The notes beneath the pieces were generated by a model. That model made no database searches, was not told the DNA's origin, and saw only the letters and a program-made list of their open reading frames with translations. A stretch of DNA of 64,000 bases from Alphaproteobacteria bacterium (lineage in GTDB: Bacteria > Pseudomonadota > Alphaproteobacteria > SP197): positions 1,600,001 through 1,664,000 of the forward strand of contig OZ219747.1 in assembly GCA_964291265.2 (NCBI GenBank). The letters run 5' to 3'. The position numbers and the translations under genes are program-made. Positions 28,744 through 39,100 of this stretch are shown one piece after another (within the stretch, counting starts at the first letter, position 1; every line of letters starts with the position of its first letter).

Positions 28744-29538
28744 TCAGGTCAGGAACTTGGTGAAGCCGCCGTCGACGTTCCAGCAGGCGCCGGTCACGAA
28801 GCTCGCCCGTTCCGACGCGAGGAAGGCGACGACGCCGGCCACCTCGTCCGGCCGGCCGTAGCGCTTGATCATCAGCATCTGGGCGGCGAGGTTGCCGAAC
28901 ACCTCGTCGACGTTCTCGCCGGCCGTGCCGACGAAATTGTCTTCCGCGATGCGCTCCCACAGTGGCGTGTGGATGAGCGCCGGGTTGACCGCGTTCACCC
29001 GGATGCCCTCGTCCGCCAGGTCCTGAGCCAGGGTCTTGGTCATCGCAAGCATCGCCGCCTTGGCGGAATTGTAGTCCGCCATGCCGGCGAGACCGCTGTG
29101 GCCGCTCACCGAAGCGACATTGACGATTGAGCCGCCGTTCTGCTTGCGGATCAACGGCACCGCGGCGCGCGTCGCCCGGACCGCGCTCCAGAAATTGATG
29201 TTGTGGGTCTGCTCCCAGACCTCGTCCGGGTCCTCGACGGTCCGGCCGACCGCGGCGTCTCCGGCGTTGTTCACCAGAATGTCCAGCCGACCGAAGTGCG
29301 CAGCGGTGTCGTTGACGAAACGCTCGATATCGGCGCGCTCGCTCATGTCGGCGACGCAGGAGAAGACCTCGCCGCCAGCCGCCTCGATCACCGCTCTGGT
29401 CTCGTCGAGCGGGGCCTTGCGGCGCGCGCAGATCGAAACCCTGGCGCCTTCCCGGGCCAACTCCATCGCGATCGCCTGGCCGAGGCCCAGGCTCGAGGCC
29501 GTCACGGCGGCAACCTTGCCGTTCAATCCGAGATCCAT
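28744..29538 (-). CDS. SDR family oxidoreductase
   Basis: MDLGLNGKVAAVTASSLGLG, NNAG, YNSAK. Confidence 0.93.
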   Translation of the reverse strand: MDLGLNGKVAAVTASSLGLGQAIAMELAREGARVSICARRKAPLDETRAVIEAAGGEVFSCVADMSERADIERFVNDTAAHFGRLDILVNNAGDAAVGRTVEDPDEVWEQTHNINFWSAVRATRAAVPLIRKQNGGSIVNVASVSGHSGLAGMADYNSAKAAMLAMTKTLAQDLADEGIRVNAVNPALIHTPLWERIAEDNFVGTAGENVDEVFGNLAAQMLMIKRYGRPDEVAGVVAFLASERASFVTGACWNVDGGFTKFLT

Positions 29539-29588
29539 TGTCCGTTTCCTTTGCAGTGTGGTCCTCAGGTTCTGACCGGGCGCTTTCC

Positions 29589-30581
29589 CTAGAAGGCCGG
29601 GCTCAACCGGTGCTTGGGATACTCCGCCCCGACGACATGCTGAATGGTGATGGCGCGTACCATCTGGTAGGTCCGGATGCGGAAGGCCGGGTCGCAGGAC
29701 ATGCGGATGTAGGTGTCCTGAGGTTTGACGCCGTAATCCTCGCTCAGCCAGTCGATCATGTTGGCGCAGGCGTCGTAGACGGCCTGCTCCATGGGCAGGT
29801 TGATGCCGACAGCGACGATGCTCTCCGGCTTGACGATCCGCACGGTCGGCTGGCGCCTGTTCTTGATGACGGCGCAGTTGAGCTGCACGGTAGCGCGCGT
29901 CTCGTCGGCGATGCCGGTGAACTCCGTATCGCCCTGCCCGCCGTGGATGTCTCCGATGTAGAGCAATCCGCCCTCGTGGTAGGAATTGAGCAGGATCGTG
30001 TGGCCGGGCGCCACATCGCGACAGTCGATGTTGCCACCGAACGGGCCCTGGCCGAGCAGGGAGGTGAACACTTCGCGCTCGGGCGCGGTCGCGAGCGTTC
30101 CGCAGAAAGGCTCCAGATCCCAGGTCAGCTTGTCGGAGTACTTGCCCTTGCCGTCCCGCGTCTTGCCGCTCGGACCGGGCAGGTGTTCGATGACCTGGAC
30201 CCGCGGCTCGGCGCACTGACCTCCCCAGCGGGACGACTCGCCGTAGGGCCCGATGCCGGGGAGGATGCCCGAAAAGCCGTAGCGCCATGGGTCGATGAAC
30301 TCGAGGTTCACGGCGAGGACATCGCCGGCTTCGCAGCCCTCGACGTAGATCGGACCGACCACGGGATTGTACTTGGGCGGCCATGCCGCGTTCAGCGCAT
30401 CGACATGGGCATCGCCGACGAACTGGTGCACCACGGGGTTGTCGCTGTCGTCTTCGATGAGGCCCGACAGCGCGTCATCGGTCTCGATCTGGAATGACTC
30501 GTCCTGCCTGACGCGAAGCACGGGCTCGTCCCGCGCATCGAATGCGTACTTCGTGACTTCGCCCCGCTTGATGATCTGCAT
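29589..30581 (-). CDS. Acetamidase/formamidase family protein
   Basis: NPVVGPIYVEG, GGNIDC, GDIHGGQGDTE; AGGAGG before the ATG. Confidence 0.88.
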   Translation of the reverse strand: MQIIKRGEVTKYAFDARDEPVLRVRQDESFQIETDDALSGLIEDDSDNPVVHQFVGDAHVDALNAAWPPKYNPVVGPIYVEGCEAGDVLAVNLEFIDPWRYGFSGILPGIGPYGESSRWGGQCAEPRVQVIEHLPGPSGKTRDGKGKYSDKLTWDLEPFCGTLATAPEREVFTSLLGQGPFGGNIDCRDVAPGHTILLNSYHEGGLLYIGDIHGGQGDTEFTGIADETRATVQLNCAVIKNRRQPTVRIVKPESIVAVGINLPMEQAVYDACANMIDWLSEDYGVKPQDTYIRMSCDPAFRIRTYQMVRAITIQHVVGAEYPKHRLSPAF

Positions 30582-30759
30582 CGATCGGCCTCCTTGGGTT
30601 CGATGGATGGCCGGACTGCGGTTCGACCGGCACGTTGCGTGTTCCGTATCAGTGAAACCATACGATACCGAGCGCACCGAAGTAAACTTCGCCTTGTGTC
30701 TCGAAGCGCCGCCGGCCGGAGAGTCCCGCGGCACGGCACTCCGGCGCAGTCTGCCGATG

Positions 30760-31010
30760 CGCTGAGCCAGCCGGCTTTGGTGGGTCGCGGCCCGGATGAA
30801 GGACATGAACAGGAAGTCCGTCGCAACAGGGCGACTCCTCGGTTCGCAACCGTACGCCGACGAGCCAGGGTTGGCCCTCCAGCTCGACGATTTCCGGCAG
30901 CGCGCGCCGTCTGACGGACAGGCCGGAGAGGCGCAGGCCCGCCGCCTCCAGCCGCTCGCGACAGGCGATGTTGACCTCGCAGCGGTGGCGCTCGCTGATC
31001 GTGGTCTCGA
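30760..31010 (-). pseudogene. pyrG: Degraded 3' fragment of CTP synthase
   Basis: ISERHRCEVN..RERLEAAGLRLSG..LPEIVEL..PWLVGV and, in another frame, SRP...LFMSFIRAA..QSRL. Confidence 0.7.
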
Positions 31011-31054
31011 CGGAGAGCGCATCTGGCTGAATCAGCAAGCCGTGTGGCGAGGCG

Positions 31055-32233
31055 TCAGCGGCGTGACGCCCAGGCGATGGCGGCGAGGCATGCCGCGCCC
31101 GAGATGGCGAAGGAGCCCATGAGGACGAAGAGGGTGCCGTCGTAGAGGTAGCCGATCAGCCCCCCCGCGGGCACGGAAACGAGAGTGGAGATCAGAGTGA
31201 CGATGGCCGCTCCGACGCCGGCGATGTTGCCCAGGGGCTGCATGGCAAGGGCGTTGAGGTTGCCGAAGAGCAGTCCCACCCCGCCGAAGATCACCAACAG
31301 CGATGCCAGGAAGAGCCACAGCGGCGGAACTCCGTCGAAGGTGAAGGTCAGCCCCCAGATGACGGCGGAGCCGACGGTCACGACGATGGCCGCGATGACG
31401 GAGAGCCGCAGTATGCCGTAGCGCATGACGAGATGACCGTTGACGAGAACGGTGACACCGAAGGAAAGGGCGAGTCCAGCGAAGTAGAGGGGAAAGAGGA
31501 GGCCGACGCCGTACGTCACCTGAAAGATCTGCTGTGCGGTGCCGAGATAGGCGACAAAGGGGGCGAAGATGCAGCCCAGCGCCAGCGTGTAGGCGAATGC
31601 CTCGCGGGTTCGTGCCACCATGGCGGCCGATCTCGCGATCGCCGTCACCGAGAATGGCAGGCGACGCTGGCGGGGCAGTGTCTCCGGCTGGCGGATCAGG
31701 AGCCATAGGCCGGCGATGCCGGCCACGACGAAGAGGGCGACGAAGATGGCCCGCCACTCGGCGACGAGCAGGAGTCCCTGCCCCATGGCCGGGGCCACCA
31801 TGGGGACGGTGATGAAGACAGCCATCACGAAGGACAGGATACGCGCCATCAGGCGTCCCTCGTACTGGTCGCGCACCAGGGCCATGGAGACGACACGGGG
31901 TGCGGCGGCCCCCACTCCCTGGAGCACGCGCCCGGCGATCATGATCCAGAACTCCGTGGCGGCGATCGAGATGACGCAGCCCGCCATGAAGAGCGCCAGA
32001 CCGATGAGAATGGAACCCTTGCGCCCGATGCAGTCCGACAGTGGTCCGAAGAGAAGGGGGCCGATACCCATGCCGAGGAAGAGGGCGGTGATGATGTACT
32101 GCACGTCGTTGCGTGCGGCGGCTCCGAGCTCGGATCCGATGTCCGGCAGTGCCGGCAGCATGGCATCGGTCGACAGGGCCGAGAGCGACATGAGCAAGGC
32201 CACCAGCGGCACGAATTCGCTGTTCTTCAACAT
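31055..32233 (-). CDS. Bcr/CflA-family MFS drug efflux transporter
   Basis: ALSTDAMLPALP, GPLSDCIGRK, GRVLQG, ETLP; many hydrophobic segments. Confidence 0.92.
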   Translation of the reverse strand: MLKNSEFVPLVALLMSLSALSTDAMLPALPDIGSELGAAARNDVQYIITALFLGMGIGPLLFGPLSDCIGRKGSILIGLALFMAGCVISIAATEFWIMIAGRVLQGVGAAAPRVVSMALVRDQYEGRLMARILSFVMAVFITVPMVAPAMGQGLLLVAEWRAIFVALFVVAGIAGLWLLIRQPETLPRQRRLPFSVTAIARSAAMVARTREAFAYTLALGCIFAPFVAYLGTAQQIFQVTYGVGLLFPLYFAGLALSFGVTVLVNGHLVMRYGILRLSVIAAIVVTVGSAVIWGLTFTFDGVPPLWLFLASLLVIFGGVGLLFGNLNALAMQPLGNIAGVGAAIVTLISTLVSVPAGGLIGYLYDGTLFVLMGSFAISGAACLAAIAWASRR

Positions 32234-32485
32234 GGACTCATGCCGCTCCCGAACGGAATTCTGGCCGGGTCAAGGTGATGTTCGGGGGAATCCTGAGGCC
32301 CTGGCGAGCTCGCCTGCAGCCAGGAACGTTCGCCCTTGCCCGGCGGACGATACCACCAGGGAAGCGGCTCCGCTACCGGACTGCGGCAAGGTGGCGCTCA
32401 CCGCAGGACGGCGACTGAACCTGGCGGACAGGGCATGAGGAGCGGTCGCTCGAGACCGACAAGCCCGCGGGACAAGGGGCCTCGG

Positions 32486-33247
32486 TTACTGGACGAGCGG
32501 TGTGTCCGCGGCGGCGATCCGGAAGCCCAGGATGCTGGCCTTGCTTGCCAGAAGCTGAACGTACTGCCGGAAGGCGCGGCGCCAGGAGGCCTCCTTCAGG
32601 TAGTCTTCAACCCTGTCGGCGACGGCTTCATAGGGGAGCTGACGCCCGGGAACCCGTTTGTCGACGCGCACGACATGGATGCCGTAGCGGCTCCTCACCG
32701 GAACGGGCGAGAGCTGGCCCTCTTCCAGGTTGAAGAGAAAGGTCTCGAGTTCGGGCACGGTGTCGCCACGCGAAACCTGGCCGAGCCTGCCGTCATTGTG
32801 TCGTGAATCGCAGGCCGAGTGGGCCCGAGCCAGTTCGCCGAAGCGTTCGGGAGTTGCGCTCAGGGTGTCGATGGCGCGCCGCGCCTCGGCTTCTTTCTTC
32901 GTGCGTTCTTCGGCATCGTCGGGTGGCGTGGCGAAGAGGATGTGCGCCGCTTCCACCAGATCGGGGCTGCGAAACCGTTCCCGGTTGTTGCCGTAATAGC
33001 GGCGGCATTCCTCGTCGGAGGGCTCGGGAACGTCCACCTCGCGTTCGATCAGGGACTGGAACGTCCCGCTGTCGTCGTCGCCCTCGATGCCCATGGCTCG
33101 TGCCCGGTGGAGAATGAGAGTGCGGATTACCAGCCACTCGCAGGCGGCATGGCGGGCCTCGGCGGCGCTCTCTGCCGGGTGATACTGCATCTCCCGCAGG
33201 ATGTCGTCTTCGCTGATGTGGTGATCGTTGACGCGGATTCCGTTCAC
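32486..33247 (-). CDS. Parvulin-type peptidyl-prolyl isomerase of the nar operon
   Basis: EMQYHPA, AHILF, HSACDS, GRLG, VPELE, SRYGIHVV; GTGA overlap with narI. Confidence 0.88.
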   Translation of the reverse strand: MNGIRVNDHHISEDDILREMQYHPAESAAEARHAACEWLVIRTLILHRARAMGIEGDDDSGTFQSLIEREVDVPEPSDEECRRYYGNNRERFRSPDLVEAAHILFATPPDDAEERTKKEAEARRAIDTLSATPERFGELARAHSACDSRHNDGRLGQVSRGDTVPELETFLFNLEEGQLSPVPVRSRYGIHVVRVDKRVPGRQLPYEAVADRVEDYLKEASWRRAFRQYVQLLASKASILGFRIAAADTPLVQ

Positions 33248-33954
33248 GGCGAGGCCGTCCGCCCGTGATTGCGGCTGCGCACCACTTGGTAGCCGCGGCG
33301 GCCAAGATAGCCGAAGGGTGCGCTCCAGATGTGGACGAGGCGGCTGAACGGAAAGATGAGAAAGATTGTCAGCCCGAGAGCGATATGCGCCTTGTAGACC
33401 CAGGAGACGTCGACCACATGGAGCGCGGCATCGCTCTGGAAGGTGACGATTTTCTGTGCCCACAGCGACAGGGTCACCATGACGTCGCCGGTTTCGCGAT
33501 GCGCCCAGGAGAACGGCAGCGTCACCATGCCGAGCACGAGCTGCAGCCACAGGATGACAAGGATGGCGATGTCCATGGTGCTCGAGGTCCTGCGGATTCG
33601 CGGATCGAAGAGACGCCGATGGAGCAGCATGGTGAGGCCGACAAGGCACACAGCTCCGAAGAGCCCGCCGGCGACCACCGCCAGCACCTGCTTGGCCGAC
33701 GAGGTGAGACCGACGGCGTGGTAGATCTCCTGCGGCGTCAGGAGCCCGACAAAGTGCCCCAGGAACAGCAACAGGATCCCGACATGGAAAAGGACGCTGC
33801 CCATCATCAGCTGGCGCCGGCGCAGCAGTTGGCTCGAGCCGCTGCGCCAGGTGTACTGCTCGCGGTCGAAGCGGATCAGGCTTCCCGCCAGGAACACCGT
33901 TGCCGCCAGGTAGGGGTAGTAACCGAAGACCAGGATGTGGAACCAGTCGCCCAT
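33244..33954 (-). CDS. narI: Respiratory nitrate reductase gamma subunit
   Basis: YYPYL, RFDREQYTW..SSQLL, LFHVG, GHFVG, FPFSRLVH. Confidence 0.96.
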   Translation of the reverse strand: MGDWFHILVFGYYPYLAATVFLAGSLIRFDREQYTWRSGSSQLLRRRQLMMGSVLFHVGILLLFLGHFVGLLTPQEIYHAVGLTSSAKQVLAVVAGGLFGAVCLVGLTMLLHRRLFDPRIRRTSSTMDIAILVILWLQLVLGMVTLPFSWAHRETGDVMVTLSLWAQKIVTFQSDAALHVVDVSWVYKAHIALGLTIFLIFPFSRLVHIWSAPFGYLGRRGYQVVRSRNHGRTASP

Positions 33955-33956
33955 GG

Positions 33957-34652
33957 TCACGCTCCGTCCCGTGCGTCGCCCGTGGGAAGGGCAAGTTCCG
34001 CCATGCGGTTCAGACTCTCCCGTGCTGCCGGACATGACCCGTCACCGGAGAAGGCAGGCGCTTCTTCCCAGTCGCTGTCAAGTGCTGCCGCCTCGGCCTC
34101 CGGTGTCTTGTCATGTTCGAGAAGGCCTTCCACCGCGGCGCGGGAAGCCTTCCTGCCCGCGATGTCCTCGAGCGCCGCGAACACCGCGGCATAGTCGCTG
34201 CCGCGCCGTTCCAGGCGAATGCGGACGGCCGAGAGGATGTGGGCAACATCGCCGAGGAGGCTTGCCGCCTCTTCATCCGGCCTCAGTGACAGGAACTCGA
34301 GGAAGAGCGGTAGGTAGTCCGGCAGTTCGTTGGCATCGATTCGGTACCCCGCGGCCTCGTAGTGGGCCGTCAGGTTGACCATCGCCTGGCCCCGGTCACG
34401 GGACTCGCCGTGAATGTGTTCGAAGAGGTGAAGTGACAGGCTGCGTGACCGGTCGAACTGGCCGACATAGATTTCCTGTGCCTCCAGGAGTTCGCTGTTC
34501 CCGAGGCGCGAGAGAAACCGGTGGACCGCTTTCAGCGTCTTGCTCGACAGCCGGTCATCGGCATGGAGAACCGCGCCGATCTCCGGCGCCGCCTCCAGCA
34601 GTCCGGGGCCGGGGTACTGCAGGAGGGCGCCCAGGGCACGGTAGATCATCAT
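33957..34652 (-). CDS. narJ: Nitrate reductase maturation chaperone
   Basis: LLQYP, FDRSRSLSLHLFEHIHGESRDRGQAM, ELPDYLP. Confidence 0.96.
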   Translation of the reverse strand: MMIYRALGALLQYPGPGLLEAAPEIGAVLHADDRLSSKTLKAVHRFLSRLGNSELLEAQEIYVGQFDRSRSLSLHLFEHIHGESRDRGQAMVNLTAHYEAAGYRIDANELPDYLPLFLEFLSLRPDEEAASLLGDVAHILSAVRIRLERRGSDYAAVFAALEDIAGRKASRAAVEGLLEHDKTPEAEAAALDSDWEEAPAFSGDGSCPAARESLNRMAELALPTGDARDGA

Positions 34653-36190
34653 CGATCGCCGGCATGGACGCCCGACCGCCCGCCGGCGCTCGGTCCCACC
34701 CGGACCTCGTGGCTGAAGAGATCGATGCCGCCACCGCCGCTGCACCCGTCGCCGAAGCTGAATCCGCACTCCCCGCGCAGGTCGAAGGCCTCCTCGGCAT
34801 ACTCGCGGTGGGTGGTGGGGATGACGAAGCGGTCCTCGTAGTTGGCGATCGCCATGGTCTGGTACATGTCCTCGACATCCGCCTCGGTCAGACCGGCCTC
34901 CTCGAGAACGTCCGTCGCGCGCCGCCCCTCGACATGCCTGGCGCGCATGTAGATCCGCATGGCCAGCATCCGCTCGAGTCCCAGCGTCACCGGCTTCTCG
35001 TCACCGGCGGTGAGGAGGTTGGCGAGGTACCGGACAGGAATCCGCAACTGGGAGACGTCCGGGATCAGGCCTTGTGTTTCGAGCATTCCGGTCTCCGCTG
35101 CCGACTGGATCGGCGACAGGGGCGGCACGTACCACACCATGGGCAGCGTCCGGTACTCCGGGTGCAGCGGGAAGGCGACCTTCCAGTCCATGGCCATGCG
35201 CCACACCGGCGAGCGCTGGGCCGCGTCGATCCAGGCCGGTGGGACGCCGTCCTCGCGTGCCTGACGGATGACGTTCGGATCATGGGGGTCGAGAAAGATG
35301 TCGAGCTGCGCCTGGTAGAGGTCGCGGGGATCCTCGACGGCGGCGGCCTCCTCGATGCGGTCGGCGTCGTACATGAGCACGCCGAGATAGCGGATCCGCC
35401 CCACGCAGGTTTCGGAGCACACCGTCGGTTCGCCCGCCTCGATGCGCGGATAGCAGAAGATGCACTTCTCCGACTTTCCCGATCGCCAGTTGTAGTAGAT
35501 CTTCTTATAGGGGCAGGCGGAAACGCACATGCGCCAGCCGCGGCACTTGTCCTGATCGATGAGGACGATGCCGTCCTCCTCGCGCTTGTAGATGGCGCCG
35601 GAGGGGCAGGCAGCGACGCAGGACGGATTGAGACAGTGTTCACACAGGCGCGGCAGGTACATCATGAAGGTGTTTTCGAACTGCCCGTAGATCTCCTTTT
35701 CCATCGCCTCGAAATTGACGTCACGGCTGCGGCTGGAGAACTCGCCTCCGAGTATCTCTTCCCAGTTCGGTCCCCACTTCACCTTGTCCATGCGTTCGCC
35801 GCTGATCAGCGAACGCGGGCGCGCCGTCGGCGGCGTGCGCGATTCCGGGGCGTTGTGGAGATGCTCGTAATCGAAGGTGAAGGGTTCGTAGTAATCATCG
35901 ATCTGGGGCATGTCCGGGTTGGCGAATATCTTGGCCAGGATGCGCAGCTTGCCCCCCATTCTGGGCGCGATCCTGCCGTTTCTCTTGCGCACCCAGCCGC
36001 CGTTCCAGACGTCCTGGTTCTCCCACTGCCGGGGATAGCCGACGCCGGGCTTGGTCTCGACGTTGTTGAACCAAGCGTATTCCATGCCCTCGCGACTGGT
36101 CCACACGTTCTTGCAGGTGACCGAGCAGGTATGGCAGCCGATGCACTTGTCGAGATTGAGAACCTTGCCGATCTGTGCCCGCACCTTCAT
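34649..36190 (-). CDS. narH: Nitrate reductase beta subunit
   Basis: LNLDKCIGCHTCSVTCK and further Fe-S motifs. Confidence 0.98.
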   Translation of the reverse strand: MKVRAQIGKVLNLDKCIGCHTCSVTCKNVWTSREGMEYAWFNNVETKPGVGYPRQWENQDVWNGGWVRKRNGRIAPRMGGKLRILAKIFANPDMPQIDDYYEPFTFDYEHLHNAPESRTPPTARPRSLISGERMDKVKWGPNWEEILGGEFSSRSRDVNFEAMEKEIYGQFENTFMMYLPRLCEHCLNPSCVAACPSGAIYKREEDGIVLIDQDKCRGWRMCVSACPYKKIYYNWRSGKSEKCIFCYPRIEAGEPTVCSETCVGRIRYLGVLMYDADRIEEAAAVEDPRDLYQAQLDIFLDPHDPNVIRQAREDGVPPAWIDAAQRSPVWRMAMDWKVAFPLHPEYRTLPMVWYVPPLSPIQSAAETGMLETQGLIPDVSQLRIPVRYLANLLTAGDEKPVTLGLERMLAMRIYMRARHVEGRRATDVLEEAGLTEADVEDMYQTMAIANYEDRFVIPTTHREYAEEAFDLRGECGFSFGDGCSGGGGIDLFSHEVRVGPSAGGRSGVHAGDR

Positions 36191-39100
36191 GACGCCGCCT
36201 CCATTGCCGCGGCCGGCAGCGGGTCATCCATCCAGTCGACCTCCCGCATCCGGCGCACGATCACGAATTCGTCTCGATTCGAGCCGACCGTGCCGTAGTA
36301 GTTGAAGCCGTATGACTGCTGCGCATAGCCGCCGATCATGTGGGTCGGCTTGACCGTGGTGCGGGTGACCGAATTGTGGATCCCGCCACGGGTTCCGGTG
36401 ACCTCGCTGCCCGGCATGTTCATGATCTTCTCCTGGGCATGGTACATCAGCGTCATGCCTTCCGGAACGCGCTGGCTGACGACTGCACGGGCCACCAGCG
36501 CCCCATTGGTGTTGTAGGCCTCGATCCAGTCGTTGTCCGCGGCGTCGATCCGGGCCGCGTCGGTTTCGCTGATCCAGATGATCGGCCCACCACGGGACAG
36601 GGTGAGCATCAGGAGATTGTCGGTGTAGGTGGAGTGGATACCCCACTTCTGGTGCGGTGTGATGAAGTTGAGCACGACCTGCGGGTTGCCGTTGTCCCGG
36701 TCGTCGATCAGCGGCCGGATGGTCTTGGTGTCGATGGGCGGCTTGTAGACGCACAGCTGTTCACCGAAGGCGCGCATCCACAGGTGGTCCTGGTAGAGTT
36801 GCTGGCGGCCGGTCAGGGTGCGCCACGGGATGAGTTCGTGCACGTTGGTGTAGCCCGCCGTGTAGGTGACATGCTCGGATTCCACGCCCGACCACGTGGG
36901 TGACGAGATGATCTTGCGCGGCTGGGCCTGGAGGTCGCGGAAGCGCAGGCTGTCCTCTTCCCGGGACGCCGCCAGGTGCTCGTGATCGCGTCCTGTCGCC
37001 TTGCCGAGCGCCGCCCAGGCCTTGACCGCCACCTTGCCGTTGGTCTCCGGGGCCAGGGCCAGGACGACCTCCGATGCATCGATGTCGGAATCGATCCTCG
37101 CCAGGCCCTGCGTGATGCCTTCCGTGCGCACCTCGCCGTTCAACCGCTTCAGGAAGGCGACCTCGTCTTCGGTGTTCCACGTGATGCCCTTGCCGCCGTT
37201 GCCGACCGTCGTGAGCAGCGGCCCGAGAGCGGTGAACTTCCTGTATGTATTCGGGTAGTCGCGCTCGACGACCACCATGTTGGGCATGGTCTTGCCGGGC
37301 CGGGGCTCGCACTCTCCCTTCTTCCAGTCCCTGACCTCGATCGCCTGGGCGAGTTCCGCGGGCGTGTCGTGCAGGACCGGCGCCAGGACCAGGTCGCGCT
37401 CGACACCGAGCGTGCCTTCGGCGAGGTCGGAGAACGTCCTGGCGATTCCCTTGAAGATCTCCCAGTCGCTGCGGGTTTCCCATACCGGATCCACGGCCGC
37501 GGACAACGGATGGATGAACGGGTGCATGTCCGAGGTGTTGAGATCGTTCTTCTCGTACCAGGTCGCCGTGGGGAGAACGATGTCGGAGTAGAGACAGGTC
37601 GTCGACATGCGGAAGTCGAGGGTGACGAGAAGGTCGAGCTTGCCCTCGGGAGCACTCTCGTGCCACTCCACCTCGACCGGCCGTTGCCCCCCCGACTCCC
37701 CGAGGTCCTTGCCCTGCACGCCGTGCCTGGTTCCCAGAAGGTGCTTGAGGAAGTACTCGTGTCCCTTGCCGCTGGAACCCAGGAGGTTGGAGCGCCACAC
37801 GAAGAGATTGCGCGGCCAGTTCTTCGGATTGTCGGGGTCTTCGGCTGAGAAGCGCAATGTGCCCGACGCGAGCCCGGCGACGGCCGTCTGCACCGGATCA
37901 TCGGCTCCCGCCGCCCGCGTCACCTCCAGGGGATTGGTTTCGAGCTGAGGCGCGGAGGGCAGCCAGCCCATGCGCTCGGACCTGACGTTGAAGTCGATGA
38001 GGCTGAGCGAGGTCCATTCGCCGTCGGGCGCCAGGGGCGAGACCAGTTCGCTGGCCGTCAGCTGCTCGTATCGCCACTGATCGGTGTGAGCGTACCAGAA
38101 GGACGTGCTGTTCATGTGCCGCGGCGGCCGGTTCCAGTCCAGTGCGAAGGCGAGCGGCAGCCAGCCGGTCTGCGGCCGCAGCTTTTCCTGACCGACATAG
38201 TGCGACCAGCCTCCACCGGACTTGCCGACGCACCCGCACATCACCAGGAGGTTGATGATGCCGCGATAGATCATGTCCATGTGGTACCAGTGGTTGAGGG
38301 CCGCCCCGACGATGACCATGGAACGGCCCTCGGTCTTGTGGGCGTTGTCCGCGAAGGCCCGGGCCACGGCGATGACCTTCTCGCGTGTCACCCCGGTGAT
38401 CCGCTCCTGCCAGGCCGGCGTGCAGGGCACGTCGTCATCGAAGGTGCCGGCGACGTGGTCGCCGCCCAGTCCGCGGTCGATGCCGTAGTTGGCCACGAGG
38501 AGGTCGAAGACCGTGGCGACCGGCACCTCACCTTGCAGGGTCGTGACGGTCTTCACAGGGACATGGCGCCACAGAACGTCGTCGTGATCCGTGCCTGCGA
38601 AGTGGTCGTGGGAAGCGTTGCCGAAATAGGGGAACCCGACCGGCAGCACATCGTCACGGGATTCCAGGAGGCTGAGACGCAACCTCGTCGCTTCGCCCCG
38701 GCCCCCCTCGCGTTCCTCGATGTTCCACTTGCCGCCCTCTCCCCAGCGGTAACCGACGGATCCCACCGGGCACACGAGGGAATCGTCCGCGTTGGCGTCC
38801 ACGGCGACGGTCTTCCATTCGGGATTGTTCGTCTCTTCCAGGGCTCCTTCGATATCGGCGGCGCGCAGCAGGCGATCCGGCACCCAGCCTTCATTCGACT
38901 GTCTCAGGGTGACCAGCATCGGCATGTCGGTAAAGCGCCGGCAGTAGTCCTCGAAGTAGGGGCTCTTCGACGCCAAGTGCCATTCCTTCAGGATGACGTG
39001 GCCCATGGCGAGGGCGAGGGCGGCATCGGTGCCCTGCTTGGGGTTGAGCCAGATGTCGGCGAACTTCGACGCCTCGCTGTAGTCGGGCGTGACCGTCACG

